Positions 27,900 to 43,364 are shown, counted from the first letter of the whole stretch. The stretch is DNA of 62,898 nucleotides, filler included, from Parasitella parasitica NRRL 2501 (GCA_025201805.1; 4 parts of 4 records of this genome joined end to end with filler, not necessarily neighbours in it), one strand, 5' to 3'. Notes: generated by a model from the sequence alone, not told the origin. Numbers and translations are program-made.

Positions 27900-29222
27900 C
27901 TATGTGTTAATCCATGTCGATTGCAGTATTTGATTTATATCAAATCGTTTCTTTGGCTCATAAGCCAAGCATGCGCAAATTAGCTCCTTTAATGCATCTG
28001 ACAAAACGATATCTTCTGGAATTTTGAAACGGTCTTCCAAAATTTTCTGCTGCAACCGAAGATCATAATCATCCATGAATGGCAGTGAACCCAGCATCAA
28101 TGCATACAATATCACACCCAAAGACCAAATATCCGTCTTAGGGCAAGCCAAAGGAATTTTTTGACGAATTTGTTCAGGAGCAGCATATGCTAATGATCCT
28201 CCAGCTACTTCATCTGCATGTGTTCTAGTCTTTTTATGGCTGTATCGGTATTGATGACGAGGAATTTGAATGGCCATGCCAAAATCGCAGATTTTGATGT
28301 GGCCATCATTGTCTAGCAAGATGTTGTCTAGTTTCAAGTCTTTGTGGCAAACACGACGCTCAATATGCAAGTAGTGAATACCCTGACAGAGCTCCTTGAA
28401 TAATCTTTTGGCTACAGTTTCCTTGATTTGTTTGCACTTGTTGAGATAATTTATCAAGTTACCACCACTGCAGAAGTCGTTGAAGAGATAAGAAACCTGT
28501 TCGTCATCTTTGTGAACTACTTTTTGCAAATGAACAATATTTGGGTGGTCTAGCGAACGCCATATAGATAACTCTCGGTCAAATCCTCTTGAGCCTGGCA
28601 CATTCATGAGTTGGTGTTGAATGATTTTGACAGCTACTATTTGGCCAGTCTTCACATGTTGCGCTTTATGAACTGTAGAGAAACCACCAAATCCGATGCA
28701 TTCGCCCAAAGCATAGTTTTCAATTACTTTTGGTTTTTCTGATTGCTGTGATGTATCAAGATTTGAGGTAGTTGTAATAGGAGACATGAAATTGGCAAGA
28801 AAAGAGGCAGCAGGAGATTTATTAGTGAATGATGAATTGGAGTCGATAGCATCGTTGTTGTTGGGAATAGCTACAGGCGTCTGCGCCAAAATAGTCGAGG
28901 AAGATGTTGTTGAAGCATTTGGTTGATTTAGTGATATAAGCGATATTTTAGTGTAAGGGAAATTGAGCTGATGGAATATTGCATTGTCTATCTTGTCATC
29001 ATGGACTGGTGGCGAGTACGAAATCCTCAAAGGATCAGTATTGATATGAAGTGTTTCACTACTATTGTCATTGTTAATAGGCGCCATTGAAGCAGAGATA
29101 GTGGCATGGCTAGACGAAAATGTACCCTGATTTTCTTTCTTCTTCAAATCATCTGGTATAGAAGGTTTAATAAAATTGAAACAAGAATTCAATTGCTGAC
29201 ATTCAGGTGGAAACTTGTCCAT
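27900..29222 (-). CDS. Ser/Thr protein kinase, CAMK/CAMKL-like (440 aa, intronless)
   Basis: IGFGGFSTV, VAVK, HKDLKLDN, DFG, GSLAYAAPE and DIWSLG. Confidence 0.95.
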   Translation of the reverse strand: MDKFPPECQQLNSCFNFIKPSIPDDLKKKENQGTFSSSHATISASMAPINNDNSSETLHINTDPLRISYSPPVHDDKIDNAIFHQLNFPYTKISLISLNQPNASTTSSSTILAQTPVAIPNNNDAIDSNSSFTNKSPAASFLANFMSPITTTSNLDTSQQSEKPKVIENYALGECIGFGGFSTVHKAQHVKTGQIVAVKIIQHQLMNVPGSRGFDRELSIWRSLDHPNIVHLQKVVHKDDEQVSYLFNDFCSGGNLINYLNKCKQIKETVAKRLFKELCQGIHYLHIERRVCHKDLKLDNILLDNDGHIKICDFGMAIQIPRHQYRYSHKKTRTHADEVAGGSLAYAAPEQIRQKIPLACPKTDIWSLGVILYALMLGSLPFMDDYDLRLQQKILEDRFKIPEDIVLSDALKELICACLAYEPKKRFDINQILQSTWINT

Positions 29223-29552
29223 AATTCAAAAACTAAACAAAAGATGAAAGTATGTTATCTGATAATCTTTCAAGTTGGTTGATTTAGCCAATACATTATT
29301 TCAATAAAAACCTCCTTCAAGTCTTTTGAAAATTGTTTTTAACATGATTTATATAGAATGCAGCTAAAAGTACATTGTTTTAATCGAGACCATAATAAAC
29401 AAGAGGCTGCCCTTCCATGTTCAAATTTGTTCCCGGACTGCAAGCATATAACGTAATTGGCTGAGCTTGGTTTGCTTGAGTGGGTGGTGCACAACTAAAC
29501 CAACGCTCAATACAGTTTGAAGTCCTTTCTCTTTCCTCACATTTAATTAGAC

Positions 29553-30372
29553 ATGGGATCCGATCGGTAAGTGCCTATCAATCATCCATCCATCCATCCA
29601 TCCATCAATCCATATATCCGTTCGTACATGCATTGGTGTAAATCAACAGAAATCAAATCACAACATGGAAATAGATTATCTATAATGGAACAAGATGGAA
29701 AAAAAAAATTAAAGAATGGATCCAAACAGTAAAAACCAAATTATGAAGAACTTTTCAAAAATTTCTAGATGTATAGAATACAGATTAAGAGATTACAGTG
29801 ATTATGATTGCAGCATGCTTTGCCATGTATATTTACACTGTAGAATCATAAAAAGCACTATTATCGCATTTAAACAATTAGAATATGGGCTATTTAGAAA
29901 ACTGCAACTGCGATGTTATACTGTTGATTTACACCACCATGTTTTTTTTAATGGATCCTTTAAATCAAGGCGCATGTTAACTAATGACAACCTACAATAG
30001 TCTTTACAGCAAGGGCCGTGTTTTGGGCTTCGAGCGTGCCAAGCGCAACCAAAACCCTAACGTTTCTCTCATCCAAGTTGAAGGTGTCCAAACCACCAAG
30101 GATGCTCAATTCTATCTTGGTAAGCGCGTTGCTTACGTTTACCGTGCTCAACGTGAAGTCAACGGTTCTAAGATCCGTGTCATCTGGGGTCGTATTGCTC
30201 GCACTCACGGTACCAACGGTGTTGTTAAGGCTCGTTTCCGCAAGAACTTACCTCCCAAGGTTTTCGGTGCTTCCGTTCGTGTTGTAAGTTTTAGATTTAA
30301 AAAGCATTTTGATTGGCATGACAACTAATTTATTTATGATTTCGACAGATGCTTTACCCTTCCAACATCTAA
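29553..30372 (+). CDS. RPL33: 60S ribosomal protein eL33 (L35a)
   Basis: Exon 1 MGSDR (29553-29566), 434-nt intron, then [17 protein letters not shown]...[18 protein letters not shown]; last exon MLYPSNI*. Confidence 0.96.
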
Positions 30373-31834
30373 ATACAATCGAATAATTAATTCTGTTTTT
30401 AAATATTAAAAAGAGAAATTGTTTTGTTACTTGTATTTGAATGTTTGATGGTAATCAAAATGAGTACAACTCAATTAGAAATGGACTCGAGTTATTTATA
30501 CCTAGTGCGCTAATATTACACTTAGTATAATATGATAGTGTAGGGAACGGAGAGGGAGAGAGCTCTTTTGATCTAGGATTTGGCTATGCTACTTTTCAGT
30601 AGTACAAGTTCCATAAGACATCAAATGTGGCATCTGAGCTTGTTTAGTGGCATTATTTTTTATGGGGAGCTGCTGTATATTATCACCTACAAAAATTGTT
30701 CAAGGTCAAATAACACAGATACGAGCTTCATTCGTTAAAAGTGTCATATCGCTATCTGCATATATACTTTCATTGGTGGCCTACAATTCTACCAAGAAGC
30801 AACGTAGCAACATTAATGGTATTTACTGGCCAAGAGCAAGATGAGATCAAGAATCTCCTCGACGCAAGTTATATTTTTTGCATCTAAGGCTTTCAGGAGC
30901 TTTCCGTCAGTTTCGCTTGATCATCTCGAATGGGAGTTAGATTATGTTATCTCTCAGTGCACAAGCAGACGTTGATTTGGCCACAAATTCCCGAATGAGA
31001 CAAGTGCAGCCAGCCAAACAATCTCACATTAACGCTTTTTACTTGCTACAGGTTTTCGAGGAAAAGCGAAATTGCAGCTTTTCCTGTGTTTACATCAGAT
31101 TGTGATAGAGAACAAGGTAAAAGCAAAGCTCTGCGTTTTTAATTATGTTAATAAAATAGTGCATCTGGCTTCGCATATTAAATTCAAGTAGTCTAATTTA
31201 TATATATCAAGACATGGCAAAGTTGGATGTAATACGCCTTAACCGAACTCGACCTTAGGGTCACGGATACTGTACAAACGAGTTTGCATTGTGATCCGCC
31301 ATACCAAAGCACCCTATTGAAACATTTACTCTGGTTTTATGCCGACTCTTTTGCGCTTCTCCTCGCATTGCACTCACTCGCTTCCGGATAATTTTTGACT
31401 TGACCCTCGTGACCTTATTGTCATGATGTTTATGCGCAATTGGGTATGACGAACTACTACAATCTCCTGGAGACCGCAGAATTTGTTTATTTTCTCACGA
31501 GGTCAATGCCACTATGCAATATTTTTTTATCATAGATGGCCACAAAGAAAATGCGCTGTATTTTATCTCCTAACCTCCTGAGCTCAGTTTTCGGCATTCA
31601 GCGTTTAAGATCCATGATCATTTAGCGAACCATCGTTTATAAGAGTGCAATTTATTTGGCAACCGTGGGAACATGTCTACATACTGCGCGAGGCATTATT
31701 ATACTCTGTGGTCTCATCCACAAATTGCTATGGCCTTTCAATCCGTATAAAAAGGGTCATTTTCACTTCTTGTTTCTTATCTCTTTTTCATTAGTTTACC
31801 TTAATCTTTTCCCCCTCTCTAATTATAAAAAAAA

Positions 31835-33244
<1,410 letters not shown>

Positions 33245-35054
33245 AAATACATACAATTACCATATATACACCCACCCTCCGCAATCTTATACATAAACTT
33301 TGAATTGATAAAATAGTAATAACAATAAAAAAAATCAATATATAAATGTTAATTGGTATAGTAGATGCGTTATTTATTTAGTTCGAGTAAGGGATTCTAT
33401 TTTGTAATGCTCTTGTATCCACATATTCAAGGTCGACCACACTAGATAGAGTTGGTTAATTATAATCACATTTTACTTTTATAGTCGTCTGTTACCCAAT
33501 TAACAAATTCTTGAATCTATTTAAATGCTCTGCCATTTGATTCACTTGTTCTTGAGGCACTGCTGTACATGCCACTTCAATGATCCAAGTATCCTCTCCA
33601 GCAATAGGTACTGCAGATTCCACTTTGATCTTCTTGCACTAAAAAAAAAATTTTTTTTTTGGTACAGATGTTGAAATATACACATATGAGGATTACCTTG
33701 TAGAGTTGAGTCACTGTAATCCTCAGTACTTTATCGTAGGCTAACAGACATCCTTTTCTTACGACATCAAATGCAAAACTAAAGACAAGATCAAGTTGAA
33801 TAACCAGTAACAAGGCGTATAAGCAATGACATTTTACCTGTAGCCCAATGATTTCATAAATCGAAATATATCGCCAGAGAGTTGGACACGAGAAATAGGA
33901 CGTACGGTAACTGTTCTTGCACGCTGAGGCTCAGGGTTGCCTTGCAGACACAAGAACCTTAAATAAAGACGTTAAATATCCAGTCGATACAATAGGATTC
34001 TGTCTAACCATTGTCTATATTTCATGCTGTATTCTTTTTCATTGTTGATTTTGGATTGAAGTCGAAGCACTACATCGTCATTGCGAGCAGGTCCTACTGG
34101 AGATTGAGCTATTGAATTGGGTAATTCAGCTTAGTATATATCCGACTTTCTAGTTAATTATGTATATATGGTTTTACTAGTAGGAATAAAAACAAGTTCG
34201 TGTTCAAACAAGTCTACAATAGAATCATTGCCACAAAGTCCAACGAGGCGTTGCATAAACTTTTCTTTTTGTTCTTTTCCGACAATGATGCCTTGCAGAC
34301 TGCATTCATAGTTTGACATGTCGTGATATAAAAGTGTTGAAGTAGGGAAAGCAATGTTGAGAAATAGATAATAAGTCAGGAAATAGTATTAAGTGTGGCT
34401 TCTTCCTCCTCATAGTTTAATCTCAGGGCCATAACTCACATTGCCACCAAGCACACAACAGAGCTGCTTTGATGAGAAAGTGATTTTTTTTTTGATTTTT
34501 TCAAGAGAACCTTTAGGTCAGGGTTATGAAACTCATGTTTTGTCTTGACTGGACCGCTTTGGTCATGGATAGTAGTGGCATAAATACACATTGTTCATTG
34601 TACAATTCACAAGATGAAGCTGTATTAGAGTATACCCTGCTGAGGAAGATCCATTTGCTTCAAAATGTGGAATAAGACTAAAATGTTTCAATAGATAATG
34701 CCTCAACAAATGATGAGGCAAGAAGCAGCCCATTTCTATCAATCAAAATATATTAAAAAAGTACATTTTAATAGTAGGCAGAAACTACTACAGAAGAGTC
34801 AGGAGTATTATGATACCACAAAATATGGCACCACCAATTTGTATATATACCGGCTACAAATGAATTTGTATTGAAATCATTAATATGCATGCACGTACAG
34901 TGGTTGCACGTTGCTATTACACTTATGTTTTTCCACAATCAGTAACCTACCCGTGCTCCTACCACAACATCGGAATCGGTCATCTAAACATCTATACCAA
35001 GGTATAAATTGGCCTTTCAATGCCCCTTGTTTTCTTTTTTTAACTACCATTATC

Positions 35055-36238
35055 ATGTTTGCATCTTTACAAAATTCAACAAAAAACAAGTTGGTAGCGA
35101 CAGCTGCGAAGACACTACCTATACAACGATCATTTACCAAGTCAATTTCACCCTCTGCATTGAATAATCATCACATATACGAATACAACAACACTGACGA
35201 CAAAACATTACCATTGTTTGACTTTTTTGCGCAAACGAAACCTCAGCAATCATATAAGCTCGGTCATGGCGCAGCTGGATTTGCTAAAAAAAGATACGGC
35301 AACGATACACCTGTCTTTATTACATCTTCAACTTGGTCTTCTGTAAGCGCTCAAGTAGGAGAAGATGCCTACTTTCGACGATCCGATGCTATTGGCGTTG
35401 CTGATGGCATTGGTGGCTGGCAAAAAACTGCAGGTAAAATAATGATAGAAAATTTTTTCACTGTTACATATCTGCGGAGATCAACGGTAACTAACGGATC
35501 AGAATCGACATGTTTACAGGTTCAAACTCGGCCTTGTATTCCAGCCAACTGATGCATTACGCTAATCTTGAAATGGACAGGTTTGAGGACACCGAGGACC
35601 CAATGTTCTTTGAATACAGCCAAACCAACCCTGTCGATATTTTGCAGCGCAGCTATGAGCAGAGTTTAGTAGAAGCTAAAAAAAGCAATGTACTTGGCTC
35701 GACTACTGCTTGTATTGCTGTTTTGCGCCACGACGAACTACGAGTAGCCAATATTGGCGATTGTGGTATTTCTATTATCCGCAACAACCATTATGTATTC
35801 CGCAGCGAGGAGCAACAACATGCCTTTAATTTCCCCTATCAACTGGGCATTCAATCCCGCGATCAGCCTCAACATGCCCAGTCTTTTAATATCAAGGTCA
35901 AGAAGGGAGATATTATCATTATGGGATCTGACGGCCTTTTCGACAACTTGTTTGACAAGGATATCTTGGGTTTGGTTCGAAAGCATGTACATGCGCATAC
36001 GATTCCTGGCAATGCCCAAAGACCTCCTCGTGTAAGAAACCTCCAACCTCAAATCTTGTCAGACATCTTGGCGAATGCAGCAAAGGAAGTAAGCGAGACT
36101 AAACGTAATATGGATACTCCTTTTCAAAGACGGGCCATGGAGGAAGGTCTTTTAGTAGAAGGTGGTAAAGCGGATGACATTAGTGTCATCGTTGCGGTTG
36201 TTCGAGACTGTGAGGACTCTCCTGATCGTCGCCTTTAA
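35055..36238 (+). CDS. PTC7: PP2C-family phosphatase PTC7
   Basis: GEDAYF, GVADGIGGW, GSTTAC, ANIGDCG, QQHAFNFPYQL, GSDGLFDNL and GGKADDIS. Confidence 0.93.
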
Positions 36239-36665
36239 GATTTGCCCTATTTCATATAATTTATACCCTCTCCTCATCACTATTTATTCAAAATTACCAG
36301 ACTTATATTTAATCTCCTTTTCAGGAGTTTTCATGAACTTTTTGCATTATCAAATCCTGGCGACCAAGACGACATTCAATGTATTTCCCGCTTCATATAT
36401 TGCTAAACAATATTCAATAAATCTTGCATTTGGAATCTGTTGTTTGAATAGTCAAAAAATAATAACTGTAAAACAGAACACTTTGACCTACAGGGCATCG
36501 TTTATCAAAAAATGCTTTGAAAAGTTTAGATAATGCACGATAGTTTTGAAATGTTGCCATAGCATCAGTTGCAATACCGAAGATCTCTGGGTGTAACAGC
36601 CACTTGAGACATAATTTTAAAGTTAATTAACTCATATTTTTAGTAATAATAGAACNNNNNNNNNN

Positions 36666-36753
<88 letters not shown>

Positions 36754-37272
36754 AAAAGCTATAGATAATCATGGCAAGTCATGGCTACAAAACATCAATA
36801 TACACATATGTTGAATGCATACAATCTAAGATGATAACCTCCTGGAACAAGCAACATCGATGGTCTGTGCTAACGAATGAAAACGCAGCTTCTTTTGTTA
36901 CACTGTAAAGAACCTATAGAAATTCTATGAATCGTCATTTCGTTCATAAAAATCAGGACTTTGACTCGATTTAATAAAAGGTGAAGTCATCCATTTGTCT
37001 AGTTTCTTCGAATTGAACTAAGGTACGACGATTAGCGTCAAATACAATTGGTTACACCAGAAACGTGTTGTCAAAAATCTTATATAAAATATAAATGATA
37101 TATATTCTGTATGATAAAATTTATTCATTTTTCGGCGAAAAAGATTATACGTATGGAGAAGGAAAATGCACATAATAAAATGGGATAAACAAAACAAAAA
37201 AAAAAGGGACACGAGAAAGGGGGTCAATTTCATGGATCAACCCATAAAAAAACATGAGGGAATTTGTATAAA

Positions 37273-38898
37273 TTAAGCGGTACCAGCAAGCTCGTTCTTA
37301 CCGATAATATGAATCTTGAAACCAATCTTGCGAAGTTCAGCAGCATCCAACAACAAACGACCATCAAACAAGAAAGCGGGCTTGTGCATATTGTCATAAA
37401 TTCTTTGGTAGTCAAGAGCATCAGATTTAAATTCGTCCCATTCAGTGACAATAACAACAGCATCGGCAGCCTCAGCAGCCTCATAGGCGCTAGAACAAAT
37501 GGTGATACTCTTTTCAACTTGCTTACGGCTGTCGAGAACGGAAGGGTCAATGAGATCCATGTAAATTTGTTCGTGTTCGACTTTGGGATCAAAGATAGCG
37601 ACATGAGCGTTTTCTTGAATAAAGTCCTTGATCAAAGTAATGGCAGCAGACTCACGAGTGTCGCCAGTATCCTTCTTGAAAGCAAAACCGAGAACGGCAA
37701 TACGCTTGTTGGTGATGGTGTTGAACAATGTCGAGATGATTTTCTTGACGAAGCGCTTCTTTTGATATTCGTTCAAGGTATATACTTGCTTCCAATATTC
37801 AGCGACTTCGGGCAAGTTGAGCTGTGTAGAAAGATAAACCAAATTAAGAATATCCTTTTGGAAACAAGAACCACCAAAGCCAACAGACGCCTTCAAGAAT
37901 TTGGAACCTAAACGGGTATCACGACCACAAGCATAAGCGACCTCGTCAACATCGGCACCAGTGGCCTCACAAATGGCAGAAAGGGCGTTGATAGACGAGA
38001 TACGTTGAGCAAGCATAGCGTTAGCAGCCTACATTATGAAAAGGGTCAACAACTCCAGCTTTATTTTCATTGTCTCAGCCCAAACTTTTGTTTTTCAACA
38101 CTTACCAGCTTTGAAAGTTCAGATGACCAAAGGTTAGTGGTGATAACGTTCTCTTCAGGAACCCAATTTTTGTAAACTTCAGCCAAAGCATTTTGAGCAG
38201 CAATACCTTGATCAGTTTGAAGCGCACCAATCAACACACGATCGGGATTGAGCAGATCCTTGATAGCGGTACCCTCTGCCAAGAATTCAGGGTTGGACAG
38301 AATATCAAAGCGGATATCTTTAGTGGCATTGGCATCAAGGATGGTACGCATGCTTTCAGCAGTGCGACAAGGGACAGTAGATTTCTCGACGACAATCTTG
38401 GAGCTGGTAGCAACTTCAGCGATACGACGAGTGGCGCTTTCGATATAGCTGTGAACGAAAAATTCAGGGCGTTAGCATCATAAAGCTATGCTATGCCAGA
38501 CTAGTACTTACGCAAGATCAGCAGCCATTCCAGCACCCAGACCAGTCTTCTTGGTAGGTGTGTTGACAGAGACAAAGATCAAATCAGCCTCCACCATAGC
38601 CTCGTCAACCTCCGTGGTGAAGAACAGATTCTTACCGCGACATTTAAATACGATCTCTTCTAACCCAGGCTCATAAATAGGAAGCTTGTCAGAGTTCCAA
38701 GCATCGATACGTTGTTGGTTCAAATCAACAATAGTAACCTTGATATGGGGGCATTTGTAGGCAATGACAGCACAAGTAGGGCCACCTTTTTTTTTAAGGT
38801 TGTTTGAGTACCGTTTACACTGCCTTTTCTCTACCTTGTGCGTTTCACTTACCAACATAACCAGCACCAACACAGCAAATCTTCTTGACAGCAACCAT
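37273..38898 (-). CDS. UGD1: UDP-glucose 6-dehydrogenase
   Basis: [34 protein letters not shown] and [10 protein letters not shown]. Confidence 0.97.
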
Positions 38899-39403
38899 AT
38901 TTCGTGAATTTAATAAATACTTGTTTTTTAAAAAAGAAATAAAAAAGAAAGGAAAGAGAGCAAAACCGACAAGAGAATCAAGTTTCACCATTTATATACC
39001 AAATAAATGGGCCTAGTAACATTCGAATATCAATTTCGAATTAAAAATACCATGTCTCCGATTCAAAGCTGCAAAAATAAAGACCGTGAATAGCAGATTG
39101 CAGCAAGCAGTGGTCCCAACAGAAAAAGAAAATCCAGGTGACGATCCCTCTATAACCTTAAACAGAGAACACCCTCCCCCCCTATTCTGTGTATTTTACA
39201 CGTGTTTAAATATATATTCCAATAAAGCAGCTACATTATATGCTCGTGTGCGCTTATTGATGGTGAATGCCCCCTTTTTACTGATAGATGTATGTATATT
39301 TGCTGCTTGACATCGTCTACATTTGATAAGAACAAGGAACAAACACAAGAGTACTTGTGCATCATCCTTGCTAATTCACTTCTTTATTGTTTTATGCAAT
39401 GTG

Positions 39404-40553
39404 TTACAATTGGTGGGATACGCCCAGGCACCTTCCGCAGCCAGGACAAAAGTGAGCTACATCTATATATAAATCGTTATATGAAACTGCCAATGTATTA
39501 CTTGATGTTGAGTTTGTATAGTAACCTTTGAAATATTTCACGTAAAATGGAACCCAAAACAACACCACGGTGCACAGCAATCTAAGAAACACTTGAAGCG
39601 TTAGTGTGCGTACTACGCCAACAGCCGCTTTTTGCTTACAGGATGAACGACACGAGCCAAACCATCGGTCCATTTCGATATCGAAGTCGTGTATGGATGT
39701 ACTTTTCGCACCCTTCGCAAAACGCTTGTGTCTCAAAATCAGGCAACTCTTGTTGCTTCAAGATATTGAGTCTTTTTTGACTCCAAGATCGTACCGTCTG
39801 GCGCCCTGTGCTAATTGCACTCTGGATACTGGCGCCGCTCATGCTTTGCCGTTGGTTGCCATTTGCTTGCAGGAACATGTCTTTTTTCCTGTGCAAGAAA
39901 GGTGCAGTTGCAGACGGCAAAGGCTGAGGAGTAGTTGTAGCAGTCGTTGTAGGCGTTTGCCAGGGTGGCGTGTTAGATTCAGCACCATAGTAGCCTGCAG
40001 ACGCGTGGTACTGATATGGTTGTTGTTTTTGTAGTGGAAGCGGGGTGCCAAAGTGAAATGTTTGGTTCTGTGTAGAGTTTTGCGATGATCTTCGACTCAA
40101 GTACTCTGCTTGCTGTTGCTGTGCCGCCGTAATTGAAAGAGCCGAGCACAACGACCGATTATCGTCTGTTCTTTGCTGTTGATTTTTATTTCTGGCGCTA
40201 TTTTCCAACGATGAAGAAGATGTGGATGTAGACGAGCGAATTGAACAACTGGAAAATAAGATCGGTGTGGATCGGGCCTCTGCAAAGCGTCGATGAGCGT
40301 CAGCTGATAGATCAGGATCTATTTCGGCTGGTTCAGTTGTTGGGTCCTGCTGTTGCTGCTGGTGCTGCTGTTGCTGCTCGACACCACCGCCAGTCTCCTG
40401 TGCCTCTGATGTCTCGTCCGGTTGTTTGGCCGTGGATGACATTTTGTGCTGATTCGATGTGGTCTTTTGCGCTTTCTTTTTTAATGTTGCTAGTTTCGTC
40501 TTCTTGACAAATTGAACAAAGGTTGCGACAGTTGATGAAGGAAAGCGATTCAT
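39404..40553 (-). CDS. LITAF-like zinc-ribbon membrane protein with a long disordered N-terminus
   Basis: QAFCEGC...hydrophobic stretch...FWVPF...KDVAHFCPGCGRCLG assembled over 3 exons. The start could alternatively be 40442. Confidence 0.85.
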
Positions 40554-41042
40554 TTTAATCCGATATTTTAGAAAAGGGAGGGTTGATTAGTGTGTAGCAG
40601 AAAGAAATAAAGATGAATGTTGAAGAAAGGTTAAAAACAGAAAAAAGGAGAAAAAGGCTCTTTTTTGTTTCCTCATAACAACAACAACAATGATTTGATC
40701 AGTAACAATAAACAATAAGATGCACTCGGGTTAACTTTCACAGGTTAAAGCAAAAAGAATAATAGTGCTACATACCCAAAATGCTTTTGCAAATCAAGAG
40801 ATCTGTGGTTCAGTGTGACTAAAGAGGCAGGCCCAAGTAAGCCCCTCCCTGCTGACAACTCCACATATCCACACTACATCACAAGACAGTCTAAAGAACA
40901 CATCATAGCAGGCTCTAAATGGGTTTGCTGCCATTGTTGTCTTGCGTTGTTTTGAATAAGCGCCAAAAACAGATTCTTGACAATACAGTGAATTGCGTTT
41001 GAAAATAGAATTTTTGGGAAATAAAAATAGAGAAAATTTTTC

Positions 41043-41105
41043 TTAAGCAATAGAAATTTTTATTAAGCAGTAGAAATTTTTATTAAGCAATAGATATTTT
41101 TTTTT
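41043..41105 (+). repeat. Subterminal 20-bp tandem repeats (mirror copy at 50503-50565)
   Basis: ttaagca(a/g)tagaaattttta repeated 3 times; possible transposase-binding sites (inference). Confidence 0.75.
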
Positions 41106-41335
41106 TAACAATAGAGTTTCTTGAGATCAATAGAAAAAAATTACTAGAAAAAAAAACCAACAGTAGAATTACTGTAAACCAGTGGGTTAATACAGAAATA
41201 AATATCTCAAGAGTTAGAATCGCATACATTTCCTGAGAGCTTTTCCAAATCTGGCTGTGGTGTTTTCTTAATGATATAAATACTCTGCACATTCTTATAC
41301 TTTTTATAAAATTAACCTATTTATTATTACTTGCA

Positions 41336-42652
41336 ATGTACACCACAACCAGATTCTACCATTATCTACCCTCTGGCGAATTCGTTTGTGATGAAGAACC
41401 TGAATACCAGCCAAAACAAGATGGAGCGGCTATTAAGTCGTTGTACCAGATGGAAGGTATTCCAGAGAATGAGTCTTCGTCCGAGGATGAAGATGATAGT
41501 CATTTTAATACAGCAGTGGCTATGGAAGAAATTGGTTTAGAGGCAACGCCTCTACCTAATATGATTTGGACACCAACTAAGTATAAACCAAAAGATGTTG
41601 CTCAATTTATTTCTCTGTTGCAAAACAAAAATTTAAAGGTTTCTAAAGCTGCAAAGGAAGCTGGCATTGGATTAAAAGCTGCTTATAAGTTCAAAGATCA
41701 ATGGAAAAAAAATGGTGGAACAATCTTACCTGGTTACAAACCAGCCTCTGAAGTTAAACGTAAAGGAAATAACGTGAAATTGACAGAGGAACATTCACAA
41801 TATTTACATGCATTTATTGAAAAGCATCCAACTTGTATTGTGAAAGATGCTACAGAATCCCTTTGTGAGACTTTTCAAGGCTTAACAATTAACGAGTCCA
41901 CTGTATATCGTCACATTACTGAAAAGCTTGAGTTTACTTTGACTCGTACACAAGCAAGGTTTGTAAACAGAAATTCTGATGATACGCTTGAACAACGTAG
42001 ACAATTTATTGAAGATATCGATGCAATGAATGAAGAAAACTTTTACAAAAAAAGATGCATTTTCGTGGATGAAAGTGGGTTCAAGAAAAACATGGTACGT
42101 CCTGTGGCGTGGTCTAAAAAAGGTGAGCCTGTAGAAGTGGATGTAGAAGCAGAAGGAACTAATCTGAGTATCCTGGGTTGTATGTCAGCCTATGGCTTGA
42201 TTGCTCTTTCGCAACAAGTTCCAAAATCAAGCAGAAAGAAACAAAAAACTCCTCTTGGTACAAAAAGAGCCTTGCCTCATGGAACTAATTCGTCACACTT
42301 TGTGTTGTTTGTAGAAGAGATCATTTCTGTTTTGAACAAGATTGGATTAAAGGATATGTACATAGTGATGGACAACGCCTCCATTCACAAAACACCAGAA
42401 GTCCTAAAAGCAATAAGGGATAGTGGACATTATGCTTTATTTTTACTCCCCTATTCGCCAATGCTGAATCCTATTGAAGAATGCTGGGCAAAAATCAAGT
42501 TAGTAGTTCGCAAAACTCCACTTGGAAAGAACGAAATGATTGCTGATAGAATTGAAGAAGCAGCAAAAACAGTTACAGCAAAAAACTGTAGAGGTTGGAT
42601 TCGACATTCCCAAAGACAATTTCCAAAATGTCGCAACATGGAAAGGTTATAA
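41336..42652 (+). CDS. Tc1/mariner DD34E transposase, left-arm copy (438 aa)
   Basis: FVDES, VMDNA and LLPYSPMLNPIE (D34E); HTH VSKAAKEAGIGLKAAYKF. Confidence 0.96.
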   Translation: MYTTTRFYHYLPSGEFVCDEEPEYQPKQDGAAIKSLYQMEGIPENESSSEDEDDSHFNTAVAMEEIGLEATPLPNMIWTPTKYKPKDVAQFISLLQNKNLKVSKAAKEAGIGLKAAYKFKDQWKKNGGTILPGYKPASEVKRKGNNVKLTEEHSQYLHAFIEKHPTCIVKDATESLCETFQGLTINESTVYRHITEKLEFTLTRTQARFVNRNSDDTLEQRRQFIEDIDAMNEENFYKKRCIFVDESGFKKNMVRPVAWSKKGEPVEVDVEAEGTNLSILGCMSAYGLIALSQQVPKSSRKKQKTPLGTKRALPHGTNSSHFVLFVEEIISVLNKIGLKDMYIVMDNASIHKTPEVLKAIRDSGHYALFLLPYSPMLNPIEECWAKIKLVVRKTPLGKNEMIADRIEEAAKTVTAKNCRGWIRHSQRQFPKCRNMERL

Positions 42653-43364
42653 ATGTTGTATTTGGGGGTGGTCTACATTTATATAAATAATAAATGTACA
42701 CTATTAAAAGAATAAATTCAAATATTAGTATAAAATAATACAAAGAAACATAAAAGTTTCATATAACGAATTGTCTAGTATGAAATCCAATTCTATAAAC
42801 GTTGTTGCACAAGTTAAAACCGATAAATAGTAGACAATAACAAGCATAAAGCTAATTGTAACTATTTAATCCAATATAAATAAATGATACATAAAGGATG
42901 ATTATTTGATAAGAATAATTCTTACACAAGATTAGCTACCTTGTTGTAAGATTTGAACAGGTTATGATTAGAGAATAACATCACTTTATGACATTTACAC
43001 ATAAAAATATATTACTTTGACATATGGTCAAGTAATAGGTTTAATGTATGAATATGTTTTAGGATACATTATTCCAACACCAAGATTGCAATAAAGAAAC
43101 AATACTTGTAGATAAAGTTTAATCTCAGATTCAATGGCTGGATTTAACTTTATAAAACACAACTGTTCACTTTAACTTGCACATGCAGCAACAATGAATA
43201 ATATCCCAAAGGGGAACATTAATCAATATGGAATCACAAATACAAACTCCATACTATCAAGCCTAATTTCGAAATCATATAAATAGGAAAGATTTATTTT
43301 ATTCAAAAAGTTCTTTAGTCTATTTTTACTTAATAAAATCTTTTAAGTTTGATCTCGTTAATTT

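Noticed and set aside
33300-34900. Long intergenic regions (also 30400-31800 and 50625-51600) as hidden genes or ncRNAs
   Set aside because: Only short motif-less ORFs; no recognisable RNA structure or repeats.
36656-36752. ~87-nt poly(A) as a retroposon tail
   Set aside because: It abuts an N gap and there is no recognisable upstream element or TSD; probably a homopolymer or assembly artefact.
37264-37911. 215-aa antisense ORF over UGDH (and similar shadow ORFs over POP1, the LITAF-like gene, 54487-55053 and the LINE)
   Set aside because: Explained by codon bias or low complexity of the real gene on the other strand or frame; no motifs.
42653-43364. AT-rich spacer in the palindrome arms as an additional gene
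   Set aside because: Stops in the frames examined and no consistent splice model or motif found.
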